DNA of 28,775 nt from positions 1-28,775 of IMG/VR virus record IMGVR_UViG_2778261515_000018, one strand, 5' to 3'. The DNA is from a virus. Lineage: Duplodnaviria > Heunggongvirae > Uroviricota > Caudoviricetes. Below, one piece after another: positions 26,656-28,775 of the stretch. The position numbers were made by a program, and so were the translations under genes. Each line of letters begins with the position of its first letter. Position 1 is the stretch's first letter. Below the pieces are notes generated by a model. That model was given only the letters and a program-made list of their open reading frames with translations, did not search any database and was not told the origin of the DNA.

Positions 26656-28074
26656 ATGCCGATTCAGCAACTTCCGCTTATGAAAGGTGTCGGCAAAGAC
26701 TTTCGAAACGCCGACTATATCGACTATCTGCCAGCGAATATGTTGGCTACACCCAAAGAAATCCTGAACAGCAGCGGATATCTTCGCTCATTCCCGGGCA
26801 TTGCCAAACGTTCTGATGTGAACGGTGTATCTCGAGGCGTCGAGTACAACATGGCGCAGAATGCTGTTTATCGCGTGTGTGGTGGCAAGCTGTACAAAGG
26901 AGAAAGCGAAGTCGGTAATGTTGCCGGAAGTGGTCGCGTATCAATGGCGCATGGGCGAACATCTCAGGCTGTAGGTGTTAATGGTCAACTGGTAGAATAC
27001 CGCTATGATGGCACGGTTAAAACCGTCTCAAACTGGCCTGCAGACAGCGGATTCACTCAGTATGAGTTAGGTTCAGTCCGCGACATTACGCGCTTACGTG
27101 GGCGTTATGCGTGGTCAAAAGACGGCACTGATTCATGGTTTATCACTGACCTTGAAGACGAATCACATCCTGACCGATACAGCGCACAATATCGTGCTGA
27201 GTCTCAGCCTGACGGTATTATCGGCATCGGAACATGGCGAGACTTCATCGTCTGCTTTGGTTCATCGACGATTGAATATTTCTCCCTGACTGGTGCAACC
27301 ACCGTTGGTGCTGCTTTGTATGTCGCACAGCCATCGCTGATGGTGCAAAAAGGCATCGCCGGGACTTACTGCAAAACGCCATTCGCTGATTCGTATGCGT
27401 TCATCAGCAATCCGGCAACAGGTGCGCCGTCTGTGTATATCATCGGCTCTGGTCAGGTATCACCAATCGCCAGCGCGAGCATTGAGAAAATCCTTCGTTC
27501 CTACACTGCTGATGAACTGGCTGATGGTGTGATGGAGTCTCTGCGATTTGATGCGCATGAGCTGCTAATTATCCATCTTCCGCGCCATGTTCTGGTGTAC
27601 GACGCATCTTCAAGCGTCAATGGTCCGCAATGGTGTGTGCTGAAAACAGGCCTGTATGACGATGTGTACCGCGCTATCGACTTCATTTACGAAGGCAATC
27701 AGATAACGTGCGGCGATAAGCTGGAGTCCGTGACCGGGAAATTGCAATTCGACATCAGCAGCCAGTACGACAAGCAACAGGAGCATCTGCTGTTTACTCC
27801 TCTGTTCAAAGCGGATAACGCCAGAGTTTTCGACCTTGAAGTTGAATCTTCAACTGGCGTTGCGCAGTACGCTGACCGCCTTTTTCTCTCTGCAACCACT
27901 GACGGCATAAATTACGGGCGTGAGCAGATGATTGAGAAGAATGAACCGTTCGTTTACGACAAACGCGTTTTGTGGAAGCGAGTAGGGCGCATCAGGAAAA
28001 ATGTCGGCTTCAAATTGCGCGTTATCACTAAGTCACCTGTCACTCTGTCAGGCTGCCAGATAAGGATTGAGTAA
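26656..28074 (+). CDS. Tail hub protein, P22 gp10-like
   Basis: 472 aa, same length as P22 gp10; precedes the tail-needle gene. Confidence 0.75.
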   Translation: MPIQQLPLMKGVGKDFRNADYIDYLPANMLATPKEILNSSGYLRSFPGIAKRSDVNGVSRGVEYNMAQNAVYRVCGGKLYKGESEVGNVAGSGRVSMAHGRTSQAVGVNGQLVEYRYDGTVKTVSNWPADSGFTQYELGSVRDITRLRGRYAWSKDGTDSWFITDLEDESHPDRYSAQYRAESQPDGIIGIGTWRDFIVCFGSSTIEYFSLTGATTVGAALYVAQPSLMVQKGIAGTYCKTPFADSYAFISNPATGAPSVYIIGSGQVSPIASASIEKILRSYTADELADGVMESLRFDAHELLIIHLPRHVLVYDASSSVNGPQWCVLKTGLYDDVYRAIDFIYEGNQITCGDKLESVTGKLQFDISSQYDKQQEHLLFTPLFKADNARVFDLEVESSTGVAQYADRLFLSATTDGINYGREQMIEKNEPFVYDKRVLWKRVGRIRKNVGFKLRVITKSPVTLSGCQIRIE

Positions 28075-28775
28075 TGGTTGATTCATCACTGAATAATCCT
28101 GTCGCGGTTCAGGCTACGCGCCTTGATGCTTCAATTTTGCCACGCAATATATTCAGCCAGTCTTACCTGCTGTATGTCATAAATCAGGGTGCTGATGTTG
28201 GCGCAATTGCCGGGAAGGCAAATCAGGCTGGTCAGGGCGCTTACGATGCTCAGGTGAAAAACGATGAACAGGACGTCGAGCTGGCAGATCACGATGCAAG
28301 AATCACCGCAAACACAAAAGCGATAAATCTCCTTGAGGTCAGGTTAACAACCGCCGAAGGGAAGATAGTCGTACTACGTAGCGATGTTGATTACTTGCTG
28401 GATGAGGTTATCGATATTCAGGCGCATCTGGTCACTGTTGACCAAAGACTGGATGGCGTAGAAAGCGATGTATCTGGCATTAAGAGTGATTACGTATCGA
28501 AAACCGTAACAGAATCGCAGTCTCTTGCGTCACCGCTGGATGTAAAAACATCATATTCAGTTGATGGAATTCAGGTTATTGGAGCAAGAAATACCGGATG
28601 GACTGCAGCCACAGGTACGCCACTTCTTGGCTCATTCAACGCTAACCAGTCATACACGGTCGGCACTACGTACACACAATCCGAAGTCGCAGCTATCGCT
28701 ACAGGTTTGGAGCAGGCGCGGCAGCGTATTCTGGCGCTTGAAACGGCACTTAGATTACATGGGCTGATTGACTGA
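28074..28775 (+). CDS. Tail needle protein, P22 gp26-like
   Basis: 233 aa; N-terminus ([32 protein letters not shown]) and C-terminus ([18 protein letters not shown]...HGLID) match P22 gp26 as recalled; central coiled-coil heptads diverged. Complete, stop at window end. Confidence 0.85.
   Translation: MVDSSLNNPVAVQATRLDASILPRNIFSQSYLLYVINQGADVGAIAGKANQAGQGAYDAQVKNDEQDVELADHDARITANTKAINLLEVRLTTAEGKIVVLRSDVDYLLDEVIDIQAHLVTVDQRLDGVESDVSGIKSDYVSKTVTESQSLASPLDVKTSYSVDGIQVIGARNTGWTAATGTPLLGSFNANQSYTVGTTYTQSEVAAIATGLEQARQRILALETALRLHGLID

Overview
This window reads as most of the early, lysis and head-morphogenesis regions of a mosaic lambdoid temperate phage or prophage, probably enterobacterial, combining lambda-type and P22-type modules. 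All homology calls are from reading the translations and from memory of lambda and P22 sequences; no search was run. Left to right: a leftward pL operon on the minus strand (xis-like, Ea22/DUF551-like, SSB-like, erf, small ORFs, kil-like, cIII, an ER/K-rich coiled-coil protein, A+T-rich cargo ORFs, a P22-type N), then nutL, lambda-type pL/OL and t_imm. Between t_imm and cI, where lambda carries rexA-rexB, sits a single 333-aa Clp/SppA-fold serine-peptidase-like gene; this is the strongest candidate for an undescribed lysogen-expressed exclusion or defence function. Rightward follow lambda-type cI, OR/pRM/pR and cro, a P22-type nutR, pRE, cII, an O-like initiator with internal iteron origin, a DnaB-type helicase, tR2, a nin region (ninB, Dam-like methyltransferase, ninE, ninX-like, ninF, Rha/KilAC, DUF1364, rusA, ninH), Q, tR', a lambda-like late leader, S, R, Rz/Rz1, and P22-type late genes (terminase small and large, portal, scaffold, coat, gp4-, gp10- and gp26-like). 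No rRNA, tRNA, CRISPR array or transposase was found.
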